DNA of 64,000 bases from Felis catus. Taxonomy: Eukaryota. A program made the translations under genes and the position numbers. Each line of letters begins with the position of its first letter. The first letter of the stretch is position 1. Positions 29,015-40,558 of the stretch are shown one piece after another. Location: the NCBI RefSeq assembly GCF_018350175.1, contig NC_058368.1, positions 139,812,001 to 139,876,000 on the forward strand, given 5' to 3'. Under the pieces are notes generated by a model that was given only the letters and a program-made list of their open reading frames with translations, was not told where the DNA came from and made no database searches.

Positions 29015-29819
29015 TAGAAGCTCCTTCTCCCTTAAAATGGTGGGGGACAGTCCCCCAAAACAATACTGTCCATAAACAGCAGCAGTCTCAGTTTGGGGAG
29101 AGCTGTGGCTCATAAATACGCAGCTCCTCTGGTGATTGACTCAGTCAGCACTGACTGATAATGGTTTAGCCTGGCGGTTCTCAGCGTACCCCCTACTGGG
29201 CATTTGAAGAAGTGGAGGAGTATTTCTGTTGATGTGTATATGCAGCAGGGTATGGAGGTGTGTGGGGTGCAGGGAGCCGGGAGAAGGCAGGAATGCTAAA
29301 CCATCTTAGGAGATTCTAGTATATCATTTCCATAACTAAGCACTGTCTTGCTCAAAATGCCATCTTGCCCCTGTTGGGGAAATTTACAAGTTGGTGTATT
29401 CAAAAGTGTTATTTCTAGGTTAAAAGAAAAGAGCAGACAGCCTTTTACTTTGGCAACTGAGATTATTCCTAAAAATCACTTGCCCAAAGACTATATTGTC
29501 AGGGAAGATGGTTTCAAAACTTACCAATGAGGCGGTGTTAAACTCTCATGTAATAACCATTCAAGCAAAAGGTAGGCACATCTGCCATTACTTTCACCGA
29601 CGCAGTATTACCTGAAGCTGAGAGCATGAGTGTGTGAATCACACCACTCAGCTAATATTAAGTTTCAAGCAGTGGTAGGTAAAGGAATCATGCGTGGATG
29701 ATGTCTCCTCCCGTGACATTATCCTCACAGCACTGGGATTGTTCACTCAACTTTAAATTTATTTGTTTCTAGAAAAGAGTAGCCATAAGAATTCTCGGGG
29801 GAGACTAAGAGGCAGTCCA

Positions 29820-30040
29820 CTGAAGCAGTGCAGGGCATGTGCTCAGGAGCAAGACCCTGTGGGCCTGTATCTGAACTCCAGTGCGAACAGGTTGTGTGAT
29901 CTTGAACATGTTCTATAGCCTCACTGTGCCGGTGTTCTCCTTTACTAACTAGAAAAGTTCTAATGTCAAAGGGTTGTTGTGGGATTAAGTGAGTCATAGT
30001 GCCTGGCACATAGCAAGTGCTTAATAAATGTTAGCTATTA
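29820..30040 (+). mobile_element. MIR
   Basis: tgtgtgatcttgaaca..gtgcctggcacatagcaagtgcttaataaatgttagctatta. Confidence 0.6.
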
Positions 30041-30068
30041 ATAATGAATGTTATCCTTTTTTTTATAG

Positions 30069-30130
30069 AAAAGATCCGTCAATTCAAAAATGAAACTGAT
30101 GGGAGGTCCAAGAAATGTGCAGTTTCGTAA
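30069..30130 (+). CDS. ANKDD1B: ANKDD1B terminal coding exon (EKIRQFKNETDGRSKKCAVS*)
   Basis: Long T tract + atag| acceptor, phase 1 joins in frame, TAA at 30128-30130. Confidence 0.88.
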
Positions 30131-30740
30131 ATGAAAAGTCAAAATTTTTTTTTGGTTTTTGCTTAAAGAAAATTGTATATGATTTTTGCATTTCTGACAT
30201 ATGATGCAACATATGTGATAGCATAATCTAGGTTTTCGTTCATCACGTTTTTTAAAAAAAATGATGGTAGGAACAGCATCCTGGTATAGGGATTTAGAAT
30301 AGACAGACATGGTTTTAATCCTGGTTTTACTACTTATTAACTGTGAACCTTTGGGCATACTAAATATCCAAGATCTCAGATCTTCAGTTTCCTTCTCCAT
30401 AAAATGGGGGAATGTCTCTCTCTGCCACAGTATTGAAGATGAAGGTTGAATGCCTGTGAAATCCCTAGTCTCATGCCCACAGTATTGAAATCATCCCCTG
30501 TGAGTTATTTCTCTTCAGTGAGAGAAACAGGCTTTGATAATTTATAGTTACTTTTGGCTATAAATAACACATATGTGTAATAATAGTGCTTAGAAAAGAC
30601 CGGAAGTATGTATACCAATGTATTTTTTTAAATCTCTTGGTGGTGTAATTACAGGTGGTTTTTATTTTCTTTGTACTTTTTGGTACTTTCCAATTTTTTT
30701 TTTTGACAATAAGCATGCATTATTTTTATAATCTGAGAGA

Positions 30741-30746
30741 AATAAA
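30741..30746 (+). terminator. Candidate ANKDD1B polyadenylation signal
   Basis: First clear AATAAA I found downstream of the stop codon (~610 nt). Usage unverified. Confidence 0.3.
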
Positions 30747-31330
30747 TATAAAATCAAGTATCAACTCATATCAGTTTACATGCACCTATTCATCATAATT
30801 TAAGGCTCTCCTTTCTCAAACTCTGACTCTAATTCCATAAGGCACCAGAGATAAAATCATGAGTAATATCAGTCCAATTATCCTGAATTGATAGTTTTAC
30901 ATTTTGGTCTCATCCTGATTGTAAATGGCCCACTTACTTCTATAAATGTTTAAAATAGGGAACATGTTCACAGGAGTCCAAAAAGTTTTTTAAAAAGGGA
31001 TTCAGTGGAAAGTCTTGTCCCCATCTGTTCTTCAACATGGCTGGTTTCCAGTGACCATGCTACTTACTCCCCCTTCCAAAATCTGGGTAACCTCTTTATG
31101 CAGAAGTAAACAAAGAGAATACATACTCTTATTCTATAAGTGTCTTAACTGTTAAACTTAAGTTAATTAACTTAGAGTAACACTATTTGGTTCTGCTTTG
31201 GACAATATACACTTTCTAGAGCTTAAACACTTTTTAAAAAGATGCTTATGATATTCTCAGTTACAATATTCATAACATTCACTTTAGTTAGTCCACATGG
31301 TTATGGCTTGGAAACTGAAAACCATTCCTA

Positions 31331-31810
31331 GTTGTCATCTAGGTTCCTCAGAAAGCAGACCCTGAAACCAAAGTTTATGAGTCGCTGCTTTTTTTAGGAG
31401 TGGAAATCCAAGGAAGCAACAATGAGGGAAAAGGGGAGTGAGATGGGGAAGGAAGGGAGCCCAGACCAGGGTGAAATACCAAACTGGCCACCACCTGGTA
31501 TCAAGCATAACTGCTTATCTGACTTTGAGGGCACTCTCTTCTGAGAGATGGGCTGGACTAGTACCCCTCACGACAGTTTGTACGGGGGAGAAAGAAAGAA
31601 CTGATCTGTTAACACAATGGGGTGTTAATTCTGGGCCACATAGGAGTAGCCTTCAAGTGGAGCCTGTGGTCACTTGTGATCCTCTCAGAGTGCCTGAGGA
31701 AGCCCAGAGAAAAGCATGGCCATGGTACAGGTAGCAAAAGATGAGGTGCTACTGGTTTGTGTTTGTTGAAACCCACGAGGAGCTGTTTGCCACAGTGCTA
31801 GCCAGGCCAG
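31331..31810 (-). mobile_element. LTR16-like ERVL LTR remnant
   Basis: ggttcctcagaaagcagaccctga..ggggagtgagatggggaaggaaggg pattern. Confidence 0.5.
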
Positions 31811-32704
31811 AACTCAGGACGCTGTTACATAAGAACAATCTAACACTCTAAGACACAATACTCAAATTCTTTAATTCTGTAGTTCAGAAAAGCCTGGGTG
31901 TGCCCTTTAGAAAATGGGATATTGCCCTATCTCACATTTGTTCTCATGTCCTATTACAATGTGAAGCAATAAGAAAAACTATTTCCTGTAATAACATTAG
32001 AGCATAGAGCTAGATCATGTTCAGAGTGAAAGAGGCTTCTAATTAAGTCCATCCACTTCTGTTAAAGATACGAAAATTGAGGCTCTGGACCAATTCTTTA
32101 GAATTTATACTTGTTTTTGTGTAACCCAACGTACTTTGTGAAAGAGGTGGGATAGGTAGATCTCACTGTTTCACAGATGGGATCCTAAGATTCATGAAAT
32201 TAAATATCCAGCCCAAGATCACCCAGTCAGCCAGCAATAACACCAATGGAACCTGGTCTTGTTTTGCTTGATCATTTTCACCCAGATTCTTCGCACTGGC
32301 AGCTAGTGAAAGTCTTTCCCCGGGCCTAGAAGGTTTGCTGAGTTGCCCAGTGCTATTATCCTCACAGGGTGATGTTTGGATGTTCAGAGAGAAAAAAGGT
32401 TCAACACTGCAGAGTTTCAAAAAACAAGAAAGACCATCAGAAATAGGACCATTCTAATAGGAAATTTCTTTTTGATGACTCTGTTTCTGTACTAGTAAAA
32501 AAAAATCTTTCCTTTTATCATTAAAAATTATTGATAGGTCTCATCATTTCCCATTTTTAATTGTCAGAGTCTTAAGACAATGAAGACTAATACATTAAAA
32601 TCACAAAAAAAACTTTGTGATAAAGTATCATTATTAATCTTGGTCTTTAGCTCTTTAATTTTAAAATAAAAATACCTTAGTTTCTGTTACTTTTAAAAAT
32701 AAAA

Positions 32705-32908
32705 TTATTTTTATGTTTACTTTTGAGAGAGAGACAGAATGTGAGTGGGGGAGGGCAGAGAGAGAGGGGGAGACACAGAATCCGAAGCAGGCTCCAGGCT
32801 CCGAGCTGTCACCACAGGCCCATGAACATGGAGCTTGAACTCACGAACTGCAAGATCACAACCTAACCCAAGTCAGACACTTAACCAACTGAGCCACCCA
32901 TATGCTCC
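32705..32908 (-). mobile_element. Can-SINE just downstream of the POC5 stop codon
   Basis: Reverse SINE body. Confidence 0.85.
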
Positions 32909-33287
32909 TTAACAATTTTTTAGTAAAGTTCTCAAAGTTTACTTGGTAACACTAGAAATGATTTAGTCTTTGGTAAATAACATTAATAAAACAAGATTTA
33001 TACACTTTTATGATGTAATCGGCGACAGGCTGAACCTATTAAAAAATCAAGTCATTTTTAAGTTAAAAAATTTTTACTTAATTGTTTAAATTAAAAAAAT
33101 AACATTAAAATAATCCTACATATAGTTACAAAGGATGGTGTGGCTTTGAAAAAGCCTCTTGGAATTCTGAAAAGATGAACAGGATGTATCCATGATGTCC
33201 TAAGAAGATGAAATTTTAAAAACTAGAGACTTCTAATCCTTGGTATAACCAGATGAATTAAAAGGTCTCAATATGTGCATATTCATT

Positions 33288-33431
33288 TTAGTCAACCACT
33301 TTTATGGAATGAATGCTTGTGAGAGACTGGGTGTGAGTTGACCTGGTTCCGAGGGATCTAGAAGCTGAGGTACTACTTTCAGGATGAATCGTCCGGGGAT
33401 ATTTTGCAGCAGCAGCTTGAGGAATGGTTTG
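33288..33431 (-). CDS. POC5: POC5 terminal coding exon ([20 protein letters not shown]...IHSIKVVD*)
   Basis: ttttcag| acceptor, 144 bp to TAA at 33290-33288. Confidence 0.93.
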   Translation of the reverse strand, partial: QTIPQAAAAKYPRTIHPESSTSASRSLGTRSTHTQSLTSIHSIKVVD

Positions 33432-36400
33432 CTGAAAAGGTAAAAACCTGCTTTAACAATCCCACAAAATGACACACATTAAATACCATTTCATTATATA
33501 TAATTTAACCAAACAAACATTTGTTAAGCACCCGGTAGATACATGCAATAAGCTGGTGAAGCAGCCATTAAAACAAACAATTAAGGACCAAACACTGGTC
33601 CTTAATCCATAAGTTACACTGATGTGCTCAGTACCCTCTGATCAGCTGGTATTCCATAGGATCACAAAGGAGCCATGGGAGTCATTCCTCAAAGAGGACT
33701 CAAGTGGAATCTTACAATGTGTACAGAGGCCAACTGTAGAAAGGGACTTTATGGTGTTTGGAAGGAGAGGCAGCCCCAAGCCCGCCCTCCTTTTATTCCA
33801 AGCAGTGTTCTCCTTCCTGTACCTGTTAACATGTGGAGTTCAATCAGGGAACATGGGGAAAGCTCTGAGGAATCCTGTCTGGTCCTTGTTTCAAATCACA
33901 GTAAAGCAGATCTCCCCTATTTCAACCTGGTTCACCTGGGAGCTGACTAAACCTTTATGATCATGCAAGAGGAGCTCTTTCCAGAGGCCTGGTGCTCCTT
34001 AATGTGGATTACAACTTTCTATACAAAGAAATAACTAGATGCTGAGGACACACATTGAGAGGATACCCACACTATCTCAGAACTCAAGGAAACATCTTGG
34101 ACCTAAGCACTGACGTAACAGAGTCAGTGCACAACTGACTTCATCTAGGCATAGAATACGTACAGGTACATAATATGTATGTAAGTACACATTACGTGTA
34201 TACACATGTGTTAAATGTACAAGGATTTTCTATATTATACTGGATACAGCTTCTCAGTAGACTTGTTATCCAGTTCTTGGTCCACATCACTGAACAGTAC
34301 ATGGAGATTCCTAGTAGGGTCTTCTACTTAGAAAAGTCATCTTAAAATCCTCGAAGTAAAATTACATACATTTGATCCAAACATTCATTATGTATTTTAA
34401 AAACCCTATGATGCAGCTTTTACTTAAAAAGAAAATGAGTGAAAACTCTTAAAGGTCTTCATGACAGATTCTAAGAGCTCCTCTAGAGAAATTTCCCATC
34501 TTAAAGGTATTTTATATAAATGTTTCTTTGTACTTAAGTGGATAGTCATTACAGATGGGGGAGATTCTTCTAACTAGTATGAAAATTTAGTTGCTAACCA
34601 CCTAATCTGACCTGTTAAAAGAACGATTTTTCCTTGGGGAGGATGGGAAAAAGGGAATGTAGAAACAGATTCACCTTACCACTGGTTTCATGATCTATAA
34701 AAATGGCAGAGAATGAAGTAGCCCTAGGAACAAGCAATTATCCAGCAGGTGGGGCTAAAGTGTCAGAAATCTGACTAGTTGTTTATTAGTAACTGTTTCT
34801 AGTAGTTACAGGTCTTGATTGGGGGATAAAAGGAAAAACAGTACAGAGGACTGCCACAGGTCTATTACATAATCCTACTTAGGTAATAATGGAAGCAGTT
34901 TATGGCTGTTTCCTTCATGAGCAATTACTGGAGAAGTACTATACATAGTGAATCAGCAAAGGGCAGCTGGGGAGGTAAATCTCAGAAACGGGTTTTAAGC
35001 CTATTTCCTTGTTTTGGTTTTTTTTTTTTTTTTTTTTCTGTAGAATATGAATTCCTGTCAGTACAAAAACAAAAGGCTGCCTAAATTAAAAGTAAGCATA
35101 TATGTGATTTCTTTACACCTTCTTTACCATACAAATGGACAGTCCCTCTCCCTCTCTATGCACATATGTGCTGAGAAAAACAGAAATGAGTTTTCTCTTT
35201 TTGTTTCTGATAACTGATCCTCATATATTTAAAACTATATTGGGAGGTCGCTAAGGACTTTCAGAGTCTTTGCAGCCTGTGAAGGCTAAGACCCCTATCC
35301 ACCCTCCATATCCTTATTTGGACTTAATGCCTCCGCCTCAGTCTTCCACTTCGTTACCGTCATTCTCTACCCGAGGCTAAATTTAATGAATCAAGCTTCC
35401 CTTGATTTAATCATCTGGCAGCCATCTACTGCCCAGAAAATAAAGGATGTAACATCATTCCGTATATATTTTTGCTAAAACTTTGATACATTAAGTAGAC
35501 AGTGTTGTCTAACACTGAAAATTTATGTTAGGTGACTTTCTCTTTTAAAATCAATTGTTCCTATTTAAGGATGTGAACTTTTAACTTTCAAAATTTAAAC
35601 TTTTTGAGACAGTTGTCGATTTATATGTATCCCATGTACCTTTCTCTAGTAATTTTTATTATGTTAAATTCGCTTTTGGTTTTACAGTTTATAAAGTGCC
35701 TTTATATATCTCATTCAATTTTCACATTGTCTCAGTTAATCCTGAAACCAGAAATAACTTTAGGAGCTAAGTACCCTTAACACTCCTATTTTACACAAGA
35801 GGAAGTGGAGGCTCAAATATTTTACTTGATTTGTGTATGATCACAAAGGCAGTAGGTAGCAAAAGTGAGGCACTAATTCAGGCTTTTTGTTTATTTTTGT
35901 TTAAATTCTAGGCATTTTCCTTTATATTACATGAATCTAGTGCAATCTGAATTTTTTTCCACACTACAAATATGCTGACAGTTGTACTGAAAAAGGGAAG
36001 AAGACTTAAAAAAAAAAAAAAAAAAGGAACAAAAATTAAAGACTATAAAAATGGAAGTGTTTCTTATAATCAAATACCTGCTACATGAACAGGAGGTAAT
36101 GAGTAAGTAAATAGTTTTTGTCTCTTGTTTTAAATTAATGAGAAATCATTTATATATTTCTTTTGGCCACCAACACAGTGGATTATTTTTTGTATTGATA
36201 ATTTTTACACTGTTGAGAAGAAACAATGTTTCTGAAATTAATTTCCTAAAAGAGGAAAGGCAGATTTAGACCAGGTTTGATGATTCTAAGTATATAAAGA
36301 CTGTAATAATAAAAGGTAGAACAAGTAACAGTCACCATGAATTCTGATCTTCTCAACACATAATTTAAGTGTTTATTAGTCTATAAACTCTCAGGAAAAA

Positions 36401-36438
36401 AGATTTTTTGATTAAGATCATCAAATATGTGTACTCAC

Positions 36439-36615
36439 CACTGTGACTGGATGATGCTTTTCCACAACAACTGAGCTCATGGGAGGAGAAACTCCCATTA
36501 TAGCTAAGCTGCTACTAATTCGGTTTTTTGAGGCAAAATCACATCTCCCTGTGATCCGGGCTGTAATTGTTTTTCCAGCTTTCTGTTGTGCAGATGTCAC
36601 AATTCTGGGCACATA
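36439..36615 (-). CDS. POC5: POC5 exon ([26 protein letters not shown]...VEKHHPVTV)
   Basis: ttttttag| acceptor, |gtgagt donor, 177 bp. Confidence 0.93.
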
Positions 36616-37655
36616 CTAAAAAAACAAAGCAACATCCAGGTGGTACAAAATCATGGCAAAATATATAGTACTTTTTGCTTGTATAACTGATGAAGAAAAT
36701 ACAAAGGCACTTAAAAAATAACTGTGTATTTAACCAACTTTAACATGGAAAAAATAAAACAATGAGACAAAAGGCAAGATACAGAACCACGCACCCCAAA
36801 ACATCTCTTTATGACTCTGCTATGCCAACCATTTTATAAACTTTTGTAAACTTTAAAAAAAACTCTTTATTCTGAAACAATTATAGACTCATAGGAAGTT
36901 GCAGAGATAGTAACAGAGAGGTCCTGTGTATTCCTCACCATTTCCTGCAATGATTACATCTTACATAAATATAGTATAATTATGATGTCAAAGCCAGGAA
37001 GGTAATATGGGTATAATGCCTTGGTAGAGATCCGTGTCATTTTATTACATGTCTCCATTTCTGTAACTGTCACTGCAGTCAAGACACAAAACCATTCTAG
37101 CACCACAGCAGTCTCCCTCCTGTGATACTTTTAGAGTCCTATCCATTTCCCTTCCTCAACTGCCCTAACCCTTGTCAACCATTATTCTGTTTTATGAACG
37201 CTTTTGATCCTTATGCATAATTAACATTACACATACGCTTTTGTGTTCTTCCTTTTTTCTGCAGAAAATGGGATGATCATATCAAAAGGTAATGTCAGCT
37301 TTAACAGCTTTTGTTACTTACTGCTGACGATACTCCAGAAAGATTATATTTGTAACACGAATAACATATACATGTACTCACTGTTTTTCATTATCAATTA
37401 ATTATATTAGCTGCTCCTCTAAGTCTGAGGTGAAACCTAGTATTTGATTCAATTTGTGATTCCTTATTAATGTTTCATATTTGCAATTCATTTTGTCAGC
37501 TACCCAAATTCTTTAATTACTTGCCAGGAATGGGTATTTCTCTCAAAAATGTTTAATTAATCCTGATGAATATTAAGCTCATCTAATAATTACAGATACT
37601 TATCTAATAGTGTAAATATTTTACCCACTTAATGTTATCTCACTTAGCTTTTTCT

Positions 37656-37688
37656 TTAAAAAAATTTTTTTTTAATGTTTATTTTTGA

Positions 37689-37754
<66 letters not shown>

Positions 37755-37921
37755 GTGAGCAGGGAGGGGCAGAGAGAGACAGGGAGACACAGAATCCCAA
37801 GCAGGCTCCAGGCTCTGAACTGTCAGCACAGAGCCCGATGCAGGGCTCATACCCACAAACCGTGAGATCATGACCTGAACCAAAGTCGGATGCTTAACCA
37901 ACTGAGCCACCCAGGCATCCC
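37656..37921 (-). mobile_element. Can-SINE containing a long (CA)n
   Basis: (CA)n at ~37691-37752 within the SINE. Confidence 0.9.
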
Positions 37922-39669
37922 TCAGTGTTATTTTTCAGTGCACATAAATTTAAAAAATTATAGCTAATTTTGTTGTTAATTTCTTCCATAAGGTAATCAA
38001 CAAACCTTCTTTAGGCAGCTGAGGTCATTATACTCTTCTAACATTTACTTATTTTGGTTTAACTTATTAAAACATTTGAAATTTCAGTGTGAATTATTAA
38101 TCTAATTTTCCCTCTAACCATTTTTCCCCAAACCATATTATTAAATAGTGATCTTTCCTCACTGTTATAGTCCATCTGAGGTATCGTTCATTGAGTTCTT
38201 CATATTATCTGCATCTAGCTGCAGATGGTCACGGCTGTATATTGAAACAGATGATAGTGGGTTCCATGAGAAATGTCTCTGGGAAAATTAAAATGGTAGA
38301 ATATTGATGTGTCGGGAGAACTCTAGGAAAATAGCATTCAGTGAGGTTTGGAGAGTCTTTGGAGAGTTTGGAAAGACTTAATTACAGTTGCACAGAAAAC
38401 CAAGCAAAGGCAAAAACAAAGGAATCCATTCCAGGAACAAAAAATTGTACCAGAAAGGAAATGTAGGCATAGTATACATTCGTAGCTTAGCTATATTTAA
38501 ATAGTCATCATAAATATTAACTTAATGCAAAGTTTGGAATATCTACATTTAAATACAGAAAAAGGACAGGGTTAGGATGGTATTTAAAAAGGCCAATTCT
38601 TTCATCCATAATAATCAGTCAACAGATAATACTGGATAATTGATGCATGTGGAAATAAAGATATGAGCATACTACTTAGGAAATTAAAAGGTAAGTAGGA
38701 GAAAGAGCTAATAGAATTTAGGGAGAGGTATTTAGAGGACTGTTTCTCACTATAATACTTGTAGAAACTATTTGGCTAGTTAATCTAAACTTTTACGGGT
38801 CTTATGAATTTAAGAAACTAAAACTCAGATACTAAAATATTTATAGGCATGTTTTTGTGGACTAAATTCATGCTTCTGACCTTAAGGAAACCTCATCCTA
38901 TTTCTTATTAAAATAAGGTATAAAATATATTCTATAAAGTGCTGTATCTTAATATTAAAAACTATTTTAAAATGTAAAATATAAATTTAATTGCTGGTAA
39001 GAACATACTTTATGAAAAATTGCAACCTGAAGTACAATTGAGCTGGTAACCTTATTTGTGCCTAGTCACATTTGAAGGGTGTAAGCACTCCCATCCATAA
39101 CAGCTGTTCCCACTCGGAGGGGGAAGGAATGTAAAAGAAACTGGACACGTTTTGACTGGGAGACGTTTGGAATGAGAAAACTACGGTAGTTGGAAGAATG
39201 CCCACAGCTGATAACCTTCACCCAACCAGTTGAGAACTGCTTTAAAATATCTTCAGTAAGATGAAAACATATACTCGAGTAAGGAAATAAAGACTTTAAA
39301 AAGAAACCTCTATGCATTTACTTAAATTAATAATTGTCTTAACTGACTTGCATGTTTACCAAGTCAGCTTTTGGTTTTATTTTTTAGATCTTTGTTTTCA
39401 AATGGTTTGTTCTTGTAATCAGATTGCCTCACAAGTTTTGATAGATTCTTGCTTTACTTTACAAAAACTGAAATTGGAAATTACATAAAAAATAATCCAC
39501 TGAATGTAGCTTATGTAAAAGAGATGGCTTAATTACAATCTAGGAACCCATAGTCAGTTTGGTCCCATGTTAAAAATTAGCAAATTAATACACACATGTT
39601 TTAGCATAAAATAACACCTAAGATATGTATATATAACTTCTCAAAATTTCCTGCTTTAAATGACTTTTC

Positions 39670-40095
39670 TTTTTAATTAAAATAATTTTTTTAATGTTTA
39701 TTTATTTTGAGAGCCAGAGTGTGTGCATGAGTAGGGGAGGGGCAGAGAGAGAGGGAGAGAAAGAATCCCAGGAAGGCCCCACACACTGTCAGCAGAGCCC
39801 AACATGGGGCTTGAACCCACAAACCGTGAGATCATGATCTGAGCTAAAACCAAGAGTCATATGCTTATCCGACTGAGCCACCCAGGCGCCCCAACTGACT
39901 TTAAAATATATATATATTTATTTATTTGGGGGACAGCGCAAGCTGGGGAGGGGCACAGAGGATCCAAAGCGGGCTCTGCACTGACAGTCTGACAGCAGTG
40001 AGCACAATGTGGGGCCTGAATTCACAAACCACTAAATCATGATGACCTGAGGCCAAAGTCGGACGCTCAACTGACTGAGCCACCCAGGTGTCTCC
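39670..40095 (-). mobile_element. Two tandem Can-SINEs
   Basis: Two reverse bodies, TGACTTTT motif at left edge, middle and right edge. Confidence 0.85.
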
Positions 40096-40322
40096 CCCCA
40101 CCCACCACACACACCTTTTTTTAACTGACTTTTTGACTCCATGACCAAACTTACTGGTCCCAGTCAGGATGGATCTCATTAAATCTATCTAAGAGCTTAG
40201 CTGACTTAAAAAATGCTATAAAAATGGAAATGCTAGCATTTTATGCCCTATCAATAAAAGCAACAAAATCAAAAGGATTAAGAAAGAAAAGGGAAATGAC
40301 CTATTTTTAAAACTTAATATTT

Positions 40323-40558
40323 AGGGGCGCCTGGGTGGCACAGTCGGTTAAGCCTCCGACTTCGGCCAGGTCACGATCTCGCGGTCCGGGTCACGATCTC
40401 GGGGTCCGTGAGTTCGAGCCCCGCGTCAGGCTCTGGGCTGATGGCTCGGAGCCTGGAGCCTGTTTCCGATTCTGTGTCTCCCTCTCTCTCTGCCCCTCCC
40501 CCATTCATGCTCTGTCTCTCTCTGTCCCAAAAATAAATAAAAACGTTGAAAAAAAAAT
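40323..40558 (+). mobile_element. Young felid-type Can-SINE with internal 20-bp duplication
   Basis: TSD AAAACTTAATATTT. Confidence 0.92.

Noticed and set aside
31159..31174. Perfect 16-bp palindrome TAAGTTAATTAACTTA
   Set aside because: About one such palindrome is expected by chance in 64 kb, more in AT-rich DNA.
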